DNA of 62,012 nt, counting the filler, from Dimorphilus gyrociliatus (Eukaryota; Animalia; Annelida), in assembly GCA_904063045.1 (NCBI GenBank). It is 4 parts of 4 records of this genome, joined end to end, with 100 filler letters (N's around TTAATTAATTAA, not from the genome) between each part and the next. Parts side by side here need not be neighbours in the genome. Positions count along the whole stretch, not along the records: positions 1 to 20,783 come from CAJFCJ010000071.1; 3 more parts are not named here. One strand, given 5' to 3'. The position numbers were made by a program, and so were the translations under genes. The notes beneath the pieces are model-generated. The model saw only the letters and a program-made list of their open reading frames with translations. It did not search any database and had not been told where the DNA came from. The stretch's first letter is position 1. Every line of letters begins with the position of its first letter. Of this stretch, positions 1 through 11,257 are shown in pieces.

Positions 1-161
1 GAATCATTATAATTTAAATAAATTAAAAAAGAGAGCAAATTTGCTCTACAACTTACACATATTCAACATTTTTGAAAATGTTATTTTATTTTTCCTCCCT
101 TGTAATATCTGATCTTTGCTTATATCAATACCAATAACCTTTTCAAAAATGGAGCAATAGA

Positions 162-926
162 AGCTACACTTTCTTTAGTAGCATTTTTGTTGTCAGGTAC
201 ATGCTTTCTATTCCAAAAAGTTGGGGTTTCTGTAGAAGCATCTTTTCTAATCACCTTGGTCTTTTGGGCTCTATTCTTTGTTGAGTTTCCAATTTTGACA
301 CATTGTGATTGGTTTTCTTTGAGTTAGTTTTAATGAAGTTTCTGCTTGCTTAGCAGCATCATATAGTTCTGCCAATGTTTGACATTTAGGATGTAAGGTG
401 TACATCAAATGTAGAATATCCTGTTGTAATCCTCTTTGTAAAACTTCCATCAGTTTTATTTCTTTCATAGTTGCAAGCAATTGTGGTTCCATTGGTCTAG
501 GTGGAGAAAACCTCTTTATCAATTTCTTTGCTCTATTAACAAGCTGAACCACACTTTTGCCATTCATTTGCTTTAAGTTAACCAATTTCTCTCGATACTC
601 CAAAGGATCCAGATCAAATTCGTCATGGAGGACTTTCCATATTTCCTCTACAGTAGGCTCTCCTTCCAGAGCCAACACCAAATCCTTTGCAGGACCAGTT
701 AAATAATCTAAAAGATTTGCTTTCACAACATCTTCACCAACTCAACCATAAGCAAAACATGCCTGATTAAAGTCTTCCTTGAATTTTGAACACTCCTTGC
801 TTCCATCATACAACTTGAGAATAGTTCTTTGAGGGCGGTCCCAAGCAGCCCTTAATGCTTGAATTACTGTTGTGATTTCAACATTTGGGTTCTGTGCTGG
901 GTGATGTGTTCCATCTCCATGATCTG
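162..926 (-). pseudogene. Ty3/Gypsy-like gag fragment (left-arm copy), nonsense codon and frameshift
   Basis: ORFs 742..990 and 271..726 mirror 9329..10180 and are homologous to the gag at 20264-20783. Confidence 0.8.
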
Positions 927-1590
927 AATTTTTCATTAATATTCTCAATGACAAATTTACTTTTAATAACATTTGAAAGATATTACGCAATTATGTCTGT
1001 CAACAAGAAAAAATTGGGAAAAAAGGCAGTAATACCATTGGCAATTGTCAATTTATTCATGTGTATTGGTTTAGCTGTATTTCCTATAGTCTATTATAAA
1101 GTAATGTATATTTCTCCTTTTAGGGGTTGTTGATAAATTTTGGGGTTATTTTGAGGTCATGATTGTCTATTAACAAAATGTGGGCAAGGTCCAAGGTTGG
1201 ACAAAGGTTAAGTAGGATATACACTACAAATCTATGGCAATTATTCAACAACCTCGACATTCTTGACATTTTACTCTAATTTTATCTAAAAGTTATTCAA
1301 TGCAGGAATATTTTTCTTCAAAAACAATTTGTTTTAAACTTTACATTAGAAGTGAAAACTCTGATGGATCTATATATTCATTACTCATATTTACATTGCC
1401 AAATTTAATAATAATGTTAATTGTTTCAATTCTCTATTTTAGAATTATCATAAAAGTAAGAAAAACTGAAAAAATTTTCAAACACTTTAAAAATTCCAGT
1501 AAAGCTATATCAGTTGTAATCTATTTGATAATTATCACTAATTTCTTGTCTTGGTGTTCAATTCTTATTTTGGGTTACTATTTCATTTTT
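927..1590 (+). pseudogene. Fragment of LGR/GRL101-like 7TM receptor, TM3-TM6 (left-arm copy)
   Basis: LLLITFERYYAI (TM3), intron gtaatg(1101)..tgcag(1307), then YSLLIF and IIITNFLSWCSILILG (TM5-6). Similar to TM exons at 50958 and 59779. Confidence 0.75.
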
Positions 1591-2057
1591 TCACTTTTTC
1601 TAGACTGTTGATAAACACTTTGGGCTAAGGAATTATGGAGAAAACGTCCACTACATGAAGAAAATATTAAAAATACTTTTTCAAATTTAAATTATTATTG
1701 ATTTTGAGATATATCCAATACATTCCCATAATGCAATCACTTTTGGTAGCCATCTTGAAATCCAGACAGGAAACTGTGCTGGGATCTTCTATGTTTTTCA
1801 TGGAAAGTGAATATTGTGTACATTTCATCTACAATTTTTCAGAATTTTTTACACTTTGAAATTTATTTCACTATTGAAAACCATCAGACAAAACACAAAC
1901 TTTAGAATTGATATCAGTAAGTTATAGAATATTGTGTTGAAATGATTTATTTCTAAATTAGCTTTATTTTTATAGCAGCCATTTTGTTATCATTATTGTT
2001 AATTGTTTAATTTTTAAATTTAAACAGCTGGTCATTAAAAGAGATTCCAAATTGAAC

Positions 2058-3140
2058 ATGGCACCAATTTGTTACATTTGTGAAGACAGAATATATGGAA
2101 GACAGAATCATGAGAAATGTCAGCTTTGCTGTCATTTATTTAAAATACACAAGAAATGTTTGGAATATAAAGGTTTGTTTAAGTTTTTTGTCACTATCCT
2201 TACAAATATGCTTTTATGTTTTTTCACAGATCAATCATTTTATTGTAACATTTACTGTGACATATCAATGAAGAAATGCATTGTTACACTGTCAAGGCTA
2301 CCTTCTAGTGCATCTGTTAATGAAGAAATAAGTCAAACACCAAATTTTCATACAGTAAATAATAGAAATGAGCAAACTATTGTTTGTGAAAATCATTGTG
2401 GAAATTCAAGTGGAAATGATACAAATGGTAGTATTATGGAATCAAACAATGTTTTAGTTGAAGATCTTCCAGCTCCACATAATAATATGATGGAAGTTTC
2501 ATTTAAAGTTTCTCCAAAATCAGATTGTGAGAAAGAAAGTTATTCATTAAAATCTTAAAGGGAATGAGCCAGAAAGGAAAAGATTTGCTACTTTTCAACA
2601 ATTTCTGCTACAATATTAAAGAAAAAGAAACAAGACAACATTCTGGATATGCAGTGTTAAGAACAAAAGAAACAATGTTCAGCAACAGTTAGTCAGCATG
2701 GGAACAGTTTTTATCCTGGAAAGTTATCCATTCTCATGAAAGAGTACCTGATCTGGAAAAAAAATAATGATTAGGAATGAACTAAAAAATGCTTATAATA
2801 AAGATATCAGTAGTTCAGGAAAATGTTTAGCTGAAGATGTTCTGGTAAAATATTGTAGTTCTAGTGAAGTTACTCCATCTCTAGATAATTGTACAAGACT
2901 GGCAAACTGGACAAGAAAGAAGTTTAGACCAGCTGAACCTCAAAGTATTCACTTCAACTTGGCTAAAACTTTTATTCCTGATGATTTTTTACAAATGGAT
3001 ATACAAATGGAGAATGATAGAATACTAATATTTTCAACTACAAAGCAAATTGAATTATTATCTAAAGGCAAAATATGGTTTATGGATGGCACATTTAAAT
3101 GTGTGAAAGACCCTTTTTATCAATTTTTTTCTATTCCTGG
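2058..3140 (+). mobile_element. Mutator-like (MULE) transposase 5' part: PHD-like Cys/His motif, FLYWCH, start of DDE (left-arm copy)
   Basis: CYICEDRIYGRQNHEKCQLCCHLFKIHKKC, then FLYWCH-like FCYNIKEKRNKTTFWIC, then KIWFMDGTFKCVKDPFYQFFSI. Interrupted at 3140 by an LTR. Confidence 0.85.
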
Positions 3141-5101
3141 TGTACTGCTCTTGCTGGAAAAATCTATGCGTTTGCAAGTTATAACAATACTGGTTCTACT
3201 TGAACCTTTAAACAAATGTTTAAATTAAAACGGTTTATTCGCAATAATAATACTTAAGCAAGTAACAATATGAGAGTTCGATAGCAGAGTAGATAGTTTG
3301 TAAAAGCAGGTTGCCAAATTACCAAACTGTCTTCTAATGTTGAGGAGTAGATGGATGGTTCCAGTGGAGGTTGTTTCCAGATGATTTTCCCAGGTCCTTG
3401 GGTCCAGATGGAAGCTGCAGGCCAAATGAGAATAGTGAGGATTTATATACTTTGAGGTTTGCCTCTGACATCCAATCATCACTTTACATTTGCCGAAATG
3501 TGTAGTTCATATTTATGTTTAGTAAGAGGATGTTACAAGGTTGAACATTTAGGAAGGTTAATTGATTATAACTTGGCCACACCCTAGGCAAGTTAATTAA
3601 ATTATAACTTGGCCAAACCTTTATTGATAATTAAAGATAAGCCTTCAAGCTGACTAATCAGACTTATGTTTGGCCAATGTTATAGCATTTTCTTGCATAG
3701 GTTTTAAGATGTACATGTATAAGTTGCATCAAATAATAGAGTTCAAGCATGTAAAATATTAGGTACGAATGAAAAGTTTCAGTCACTGTGTGTTTTTTGT
3801 TAGAAATATTTGATGAATGTGGTTAATTTTTGTGTATGTTAAAGCCTAAAGTATACGCTACAAATATTGATAATTTAATTTTTCAATAGTCCCCTCCTTT
3901 TTCTATACAAGCCTGCCATTTGCTAGGAAGTAGAGTGATGCCGTTCGGGTAAAATGAGGTTGGCTTTCTCCTCAGAAAATCTTTGACATCTGTCTTCAAT
4001 TCCTCCAAATTGTCATAATGGGATCCTCTGATATGGTCCTTCAATCTCCCAAAAAGATAATAGTCAGAGGGAGCCAAATCAGGACTGTAGGCTGGGTGAG
4101 GGCATAATGACCACCCTTGATCTCTTATGAAATCTGTTGTGTAGAGACTTGTATGCGGTCTTGCATTATCATGCTGTAGTATCATTTGTTTTCCAGGTCT
4201 AATTCTATGCAACCTCTTCCTTAGTCTCTTTAGGGTCTCAACATATTGTATTGAGTTGACTACTTCTCCATACTCCATGAATTCAATGTGGACTAAACCA
4301 GAATAGTCCCAAAAAACTGAGCACATCAGTTTTTCTGCTGACTTGGCCATTCTAAGCTTCTTGTCAGGTGGAGATGATGTGTGTTTATAAGTCAAAGAAG
4401 ACCTTTTAGATTGTGGATCATAGAGGTGTACCCAGGTTTCATCTCCAGTCACAATTTTTTCTAAAAAGTCTCTTCCTTCTGCCATGTATCTTTCAAGTAG
4501 CTCCATACAATGACTCACCCTCACCTGCTTCTGGTCCAGATTGAGAGCATAAGGAATCCATTTGCACAGATCTTTCTGTATCCTAGCTCCTTTATAATTT
4601 TCCCTACAGTCTGTTGACAAATTTCTATTTGTTGGGTGATTGCTCTCTGAGAAATGGTCCGATCTTCTCTGATAAGCCTGTCAATTTCTTCTCTATTCTG
4701 ACCTGTTACAGCTGTGCTTGGACGACCAGATCTTGCCAAATCTTCAAATTTTTTCTTCCTTTTTTTATGTCAGATACCCACCTCCTTATTGAACTTTCAC
4801 TCAGAGTTTCATCCCCACAAAAGCTTTTAACCGCTTATAAATTTGGCTCGCAGACACCTTCTCATGCACTAAAAATGCTATGATTGGTCGTTGATCGGAA
4901 CATGTGCACATGACTTGCAGCTGCTTATACCAAAATAAATTTGTAATGCCTCAACAGAATCGAATGAAAGTTTGCACAGTGAAAGTTTACTAATTTCCTA
5001 AGATTATTGGAAAGTATCAATGATATTAGTTAAGCTGTTTAAAATTACAGCACAGTGACTGAAACTTTTCATTCGTACCTAATATAACCAAAGGTTGTAC
5101 A
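3141..5101 (-). mobile_element. Solo LTR (about 635 bp) split by a mariner insertion (left-arm copy)
   Basis: Reverse complement of LTR 19320-19954. Termini TGTAC (3141) and GTACA (5101), flanked by CCTGG and GCTGG. Confidence 0.85.
3759..5082 (-). mobile_element. Mariner (DD34D) transposon, left-arm copy, transposase 3883..4911 with a 1-bp frameshift
   Basis: TIR TTAGGTACGAATGAAAAGTTTCAGTCACTGTG at both ends, TA duplication at 3757-58 and 5083-84. One T is missing near 4561 relative to the right copy. Confidence 0.95.
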
Positions 5102-5222
5102 GCTGGATCTTATTAAAAAACAACTTAGAGATCACATAAAAGCAAAATGTCCAATTGGAACTTTGTCTTTTATTTCTTGGATTTTTTTTGATAAGATCCA
5201 GTGCACTACAACTTTGGTTATA

Positions 5223-6554
5223 TTAGGGTACGGAATGAAAAGTTTCAGTCACTGTGCTGTAATTTTAAAACAGCTTAACTAATATCATTGATACTTTCCA
5301 ATAATCTTAGGAAATTAGTAAACTTTCACTGGTGCAAACTTTCATTCGATTCTGGTTGAGGCATTACAAATTTATTTTGGTATAAGCAGCTGCAAGTCAT
5401 GTGCACATGTTCCGATCAACGACCAATCATAGCATTTTTAGTGCATGAGAAGGTGTCTGCGAGCCAAATTTATAAGCGGTTAAAAAGCTTTTGTGGGGAT
5501 GAAACTCTGAGTGAAAGTTCAATAAGGAGGTGGGTATCTGACATAAAAAAAGGAAGAAAAAATTTTGAAGATTTGGCAAGATCTGGTCGTCCAAGCACAG
5601 CTGTAACAGGTCAGAATAGAGAAGAAATTGACAGGCTTATCAGAGAAGATCGGACCATTTCTCAGAGAGCAATCACCCAACAAATAGAAATTTGTCAACA
5701 GACTGTAGGGAAAATTATAAAGGAGCTAGGATACAGAAAGATCTGTGCAAAATGGATTCCTTATGCTCTCAATCTGGACCAGAAGCAGGTGAGGGTGAGT
5801 CATTGTATGGAGCTACTTGAAAGATACATGGCAGAAGGAAGAGACTTTTTAGAAAAAATTGTGACTGGAGATGAAACCTGGGTACACCTCTATGATCCAC
5901 AATCTAAAAGGTCTTCTTTGACTTATAAACACACATCATCTCCACCTGACAAGAAGCTTAGAATGGCCAAGTCAGCAGAAAAACTGATGTGCTCAGTTTT
6001 TTGGGACTATTCTGGTTTAGTCCACATTGAATTCATGGAGTATGGAGAAGTAGTCAACTCAATACAATATGTTGAGACCCTAAAGAGACTAAGGAAGAGG
6101 TTGCATAGAATTAGACCTGGAAAACAAATGATACTACAGCATGATAATGCAAGACCGCATACAAGTCTCTACACAACAGATTTCATAAGAGATCAAGGGT
6201 GGTCATTATGCCCTCACCCAGCCTACAGTCCTGATTTGGCTCCCTCTGACTATTATCTTTTTGGGAGATTGAAGGACCATATCAGAGGATCCCATTATGA
6301 CAATTTGGAGGAATTGAAGACAGATGTCAAAGATTTTCTGAGGAGAAAGCCAACCTCATTTTACCCGAACGGCATCACTCTACTTCCTAGCAAATGGCAG
6401 GCTTGTATAGAAAAAGGAGGGGACTATTGAAAAATTAAATTATCAATATTTGTAGCGTATACTTTAGGCTTTAACATACACAAAAATTAACCACATTCAT
6501 CAAATATTTCTAACAAAAAACACACAGTGACTGAAACTTTTCATTCGTACCTAA
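5223..6554 (+). mobile_element. Full-length mariner transposon, right-arm copy
   Basis: About 32-bp TIRs, TA TSD at 5221-22 and 6555-56, single 343-aa ORF. Confidence 0.96.
5399..6430 (+). CDS. Mariner transposase, intact 343 aa
   Basis: WIPY (WVPH-like), TGDETWV, HDNARPH and YSPDLAPSDYYLF motifs give a DD34D triad. N-terminal HTH region present. Confidence 0.97.
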   Translation: MCTCSDQRPIIAFLVHEKVSASQIYKRLKSFCGDETLSESSIRRWVSDIKKGRKNFEDLARSGRPSTAVTGQNREEIDRLIREDRTISQRAITQQIEICQQTVGKIIKELGYRKICAKWIPYALNLDQKQVRVSHCMELLERYMAEGRDFLEKIVTGDETWVHLYDPQSKRSSLTYKHTSSPPDKKLRMAKSAEKLMCSVFWDYSGLVHIEFMEYGEVVNSIQYVETLKRLRKRLHRIRPGKQMILQHDNARPHTSLYTTDFIRDQGWSLCPHPAYSPDLAPSDYYLFGRLKDHIRGSHYDNLEELKTDVKDFLRRKPTSFYPNGITLLPSKWQACIEKGGDY

Positions 6555-7173
6555 TATTTTACATGCTTGAACTCTATTATTTGATGCAACTTATACATGT
6601 ACATCTTAAAACCTATGCAAGAAAATGCTATAACATTGGCCAAACATAAGTCTGATTAGTCAGCTTGAAGGCTTATCTTTAATTATCAATAAAGGTTTGG
6701 CCAAGTTATAATTTAATTAACTTGCCTAGGGTGTGGCCAAGTTATAATTCAATTAACCTTCCTAAATGTTCAACCTTGTAACATCCTCTTACTAAACATA
6801 AATATGAACTACACATTTCGGCAAATGTAAAGTGATGATTGGATGTCAGAGGCAAACCTCAAAGTATATAAATCCTCACTATTCTCATTTGGCCTGCAGC
6901 TTCCATCTGGACCCAAGGACCTGGGAAAATCATCTGGAAACAACCTCCACTGGAACCATCCATCTACTCCTCAACATTAGAAGACAGTTTGGTAATTTGG
7001 CAACCTGCTTTTACAAACTATCTACTCTGCTATCGAACTCTCATATTGTTACTTGCTTAAGTATTATTATTGCGAATAAACCGTTTTAATTTAAACATTT
7101 GTTTAAAGGTTCAAGTAGAACCAGTATTGTTATAACTTGCAAACGCATAGATTTTTCCAGCAAGAGCAGTACA

Positions 7174-8259
7174 CCAGGAATAGAAAAAAATTGATAAAAA
7201 GGGTCTTTCACACATTTAAATGTGCCATCCATAAACCATATTTTGCCTTTAGATAATAATTCAATTTGCTTTGTAGTTGAAAATATTAGTATTCTATCAT
7301 TCTCCATTTGTATATCCATTTGTAAAAAATCATCAGGAATAAAAGTTTTAGCCAAGTTGAAGTGAATACTTTGAGGTTCAGCTGGTCTAAACTTCTTTCT
7401 TGTCCAGTTTGCCAGTCTTGTACAATTATCTAGAGATGGAGTAACTTCACTAGAACTACAATATTTTACCAGAACATCTTCAGCTAAACATTTTCCTGAA
7501 CTACTGATATCTTTATTATAAGCATTTTTTAGTTCATTCCTAATCATTATTTTTTTTCCAGATCAGGTACTCTTTCATGAGAATGGGATAACTTTCCAGG
7601 ATAAAAACTGTTCCCATGCTGACTAACTGTTGCTGAACATTTGTTTCTTTTGTTCTTAACACTGCATATCCAGAATGTTGTCTTGTTTCTTTTTTCTTTA
7701 ATATTGTAGCAGAAATTGTTGAAAAGTAGCAAATCTTTTCCTTTCTGGCTCATTCCCTTTAAGATTTTAATGAATAACTTTCTTTCTCACAATCTGATTT
7801 TGGAGAAACTTTAAATGAAACTTCCATCATATTATTATGTGGAGCTGGAAGATCTTCAACTAAAACATTGTTTGATTCCATAATACTACCATTTGTATCA
7901 TTTCCACTTGAATTTCCACAATGATTTTCACAAACAATAGTTTGCTCATTTCTATTATTTACTGTATGAAAATTTGGTGTTTGACTTATTTCTTCATTAA
8001 CAGATGCACTAGAAGGTAGCCTTGACAGTGTAACAATGCATTTCTTCATTGATATGTCACAGTAAATGTTACAATAAAATGATTGATCTGTGAAAAAACA
8101 TAAAAGCATATTTGTAAGGATAGTGACAAAAAACTTAAACAAACCTTTATATTCCAAACATTTCTTGTGTATTTTAAATAAATGACAGCAAAGCTGACAT
8201 TTCTCATGATTCTGTCTTCCATATATTCTGTCTTCACAAATGTAACAAATTGGTGCCAT
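7174..8259 (-). mobile_element. MULE transposase 5' part (right-arm copy)
   Basis: ORFs 7759..8334, 7547..7753 (FLYWCH) and 7086..7547 (WFMDGTF), broken by stops or frameshifts. Confidence 0.85.
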
Positions 8260-8729
8260 GTTCAATTTGGAATCTCTTTTAATGACCAGCTGTTTAAATT
8301 TAAAAATTAAACAATTAACAATAATGATAAACAAAATGGCTGCTATAAAAATAAAGCTAATTTAGAAATAAATCATTTCAACACAATATTCTATAACTTA
8401 CTGATATCAATTCTAAAGTTTGTGTTTTGTCTGATGGTTTTCAATAGTGAAATAAATTTCAAAGTGTAAAAAATTCTGAAAAATTGTAGATGAAATGTAC
8501 ACAATATTCACTTTCCATGAAAAACATAGAAGATCCCAGCACAGTTTCCTGTCTGGATTTCAAGATGGCTACCAAAAGTGATTGCATTATGGGAATGTAT
8601 TGGATATATCTCAAAATCAATAATAATTTAAATTTGAAAAAGTATTTTTTAATATTTTCTTCATGTAGTGGACGTTTTCTCCATAATTCCTTAGCCCAAA
8701 GTGTTTATCAACAGTCTAGAAAAAGTGAA

Positions 8730-9392
8730 AAAATGAAATAGTAACCCAAAATAAGAATTGAACACCAAGACAAGAAATTAGTGATAATTATCAAATAGAT
8801 TACAACTGATATAGCTTTACTGGAATTTTTAAAGTGTTTGAAAATTTTTTCAGTTTTTCTTACTTTTATGATAATTCTAAAATAGAGAATTGAAACAATT
8901 AACATTATTATTAAATTTGGCAATGTAAATATGAGTAATGAATATATAGATCCATCAGAGTTTTCACTTCTAATGTAAAGTTTAAAACAAATTGTTTTTG
9001 AAGAAAAATATTCCTGCATTGAATAACTTTTAGATAAAATTAGAGTAAAATGTCAAGAATGTCGAGGTTGTTGAATAATTGCCATAGATTTGTAGTGTAT
9101 ATCCTACTTAACCTTTGTCCAACCTTGGACCTTGCCCACATTTTGTTAATAGACAATCATGACCTCAAAATAACCCCAAAATTTATCAACAACCCCTAAA
9201 AGGAGAAATATACATTACTTTATAATAGACTATAGGAAATACAGCTAAACCAATACACATGAATAAATTGACAATTGCCAATGGTATTACTGCCTTTTTT
9301 CCCAATTTTTTCTTGTTGACAGACATAATTGCGTAATATCTTTCAAATGTTATTAAAAGTAAATTTGTCATTGAGAATATTAATGAAAAATT
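8730..9392 (-). pseudogene. LGR/GRL101-like 7TM fragment TM3-TM6 (right-arm copy)
   Basis: Mirror of 927..1590. Cut at its 5' side by gag sequence at 9393. Confidence 0.75.
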
Positions 9393-10162
9393 CAGATCAT
9401 GGAGATGGAACACATCACCCAGCACAGAACCCAAATGTTGAAATCACAACAGTAATTCAAGCATTAAGGGCTGCTTGGGACCGCCCTCAAAGAACTATTC
9501 TCAAGTTGTATGATGGAAGCAAGGAGTGTTCAAAATTCAAGGAAGACTTTAATCAGGCATGTTTTGCTTATGGTTGAGTTGGTGAAGATGTTGTGAAAGC
9601 AAATCTTTTAGATTATTTAACTGGTCCTGCAAAGGATTTGGTGTTGGCTCTGGAAGGAGAGCCTACTGTAGAGGAAATATGGAAAGTCCTCCATGACGAA
9701 TTTGATCTGGATCCTTTGGAGTATCGAGAGAAATTGGTTAACTTAAAGCAAATGAATGGCAAAAGTGTGGTTCAGCTTGTTAATAGAGCAAAGAAATTGA
9801 TAAAGAGGTTTTCTCCACCTAGACCAATGGAACCACAATTGCTTGCAACTATGAAAGAAATAAAACTGATGGAAGTTTTACAAAGAGGATTACAACAGGA
9901 TATTCTACATTTGATGTACACCTTACATCCTAAATGTCAAACATTGGCAGAACTATATGATGCTGCTAAGCAAGCAGAAACTTCATTAAAACTAACTCAA
10001 AGAAAACCAATCACAATGGTGTCAAAATTGGAAACTCAACAAAGAATAGAGCCCAAAAAGACCAAGGTGATTAGAAAAGATGCTTCTACAGAAACCCCAA
10101 CTTTTTGGAATAGAAAGCATGTACCTGACAACAAAAATGCTACTAAAGAAAAGTGTAGCTTC
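9393..10162 (+). pseudogene. Ty3/Gypsy-like gag internal fragment (right-arm copy)
   Basis: Near-identical to 20264-20783 from CAGATCATGG onward. TGA at 9575-77 where the 20376 copy has TGG. Ends at KCSF, a possible start of a zinc knuckle. Confidence 0.8.
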
Positions 10163-10540
10163 TATTGCTCCATTTTTTGAAAAGGTTATTGGTATTGATA
10201 TAAGCAAAGATCAGATATTACAAGGGAGGAAAAATAAAAATAACATTTTCAAAAATGTTGAATATGTGTAAGTTGTAGAGCAAATTTGCTCTCTTTTTTA
10301 ATTTATTTAAATTATAATGATTCCATCTAGAGTTGGAACTTTTAAGGAACTTAGTTTCATTAGTAATTTGTGGAACAACCATTCATTGGTTTAATCCAAT
10401 TGAAGAGTTATATGGAGAAGTTAAAAGGATTCTTATAGCAGGTGGTTGTCTAGCAATATTTACCTATTCTAAATCTTTTATTACTGGATTGCCTAAACCT
10501 TTAAATCACCATCAGAACTTATTTTTTAATGTCATCTTTT
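10163..10540 (+). pseudogene. Class I SAM-dependent methyltransferase fragment
   Basis: SIAPFFEKVIGIDISKDQI, intron gtaagt(10268)..ctag(10330), then LVICGTTIHWF and YGEVKRILIAGGCLAIFTY. Lacks motif I and appears frameshifted. Confidence 0.65.
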
Positions 10541-10627
10541 AAGAAATCATCAGAAGTGAAATTTATATTTAATTAAAAGTCCAAAGCATTAACCCTGCTT
10601 AAAAAATGTCATCTCATACCAAGCTAC

Positions 10628-10828
10628 CTAGTGATCTGGAGCATTTAGAGAAAAGCTAGATTTATCAGTAAAGGATACTCCATTATAAGAATTTGCTGTT
10701 GGATTCATCCATATACTACACCTTTCCAGTTCTTTTAGCCCTTCTTGACAGAGGGCAAACTTTGGATATCTCTTTGTAGTTTGCCCTTTGATACTCCTAG
10801 GCTTAAGTGATATTCCTATCACTTCCAT
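10628..10828 (-). pseudogene. Tc1/Tc3-like transposase relic
   Basis: GVSFTDKSSFSLNAPD resembles RVIFTDEARFSLSGPD of the 26495 element. Confidence 0.4.
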
Positions 10829-11257
10829 CTTAGTTATTGTTTAGTAAATATATATAAGGTGGCAGTTTCCTGTAATCATCAGTTACTACTCAACTCTTGA
10901 ATAAGACTCAAACATTACTAAATACATTTTATTTGGAAAACTCTGGGTTTTGCTGTTGGTTTTATTGAACTTAACATACAACAATCCGTGTACAACCTAT
11001 CCAGGAAGAACCTTTAATTGTTCAATTGGTAAATGATTGGAAGGGACGAATTTGATGTTAACAAGCTAGAAATTCCTACAATTACAATATGATAAAGTAC
11101 AGACACTATCAAATGTTCTAAATTTCTCCTACATTTATGCCTATTTGTAGAAATTATCGCAGAGTTTGACAAACAAGTAAACACAATATTTTTTTAATCA
11201 TTGAATGAAAGAGTAAGTTTATTTTAAATAAGAGTCAGAGGCAAAATAATTAATATT

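Larger units (their letters stand above)
5202..7173 (+). mobile_element. Solo LTR split by mariner (right-arm copy)
   Basis: 5207-5222 plus 6555-7173 reproduce 19322-19954. Ends GAGCAGTACA at 7173, directly followed by MULE sequence. Confidence 0.85.
1..10323. repeat. Giant inverted duplication (fold-back palindrome), arms about 5.15 kb, apex about 5151-5158
   Basis: Bases 1-60 are the exact reverse complement of 10264-10323. All ORFs are mirrored (271..726/9593..10180, 2767..3228/7086..7547, 3883..4620/5399..6430). The arm differences I found are single-base indels. Confidence 0.97.

Noticed and set aside
5131-5180. Apex as a hairpin telomere or protelomerase-type site
   Set aside because: Self-complementarity is poor and noisy, and the sequence reads better as error-laden MULE continuation.
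6832-7089. 85-aa ORF MMIGCQRQ.. present three times (3225, 6832, 19613)
   Set aside because: It lies wholly within the LTR between the TATA and polyA signals. Its recurrence reflects the repeat, and there is no protein motif.
11065-11105. About 40-bp inverted match to 13680-13720
   Set aside because: Too short to define an element. Probably a scrap of another decayed repeat.
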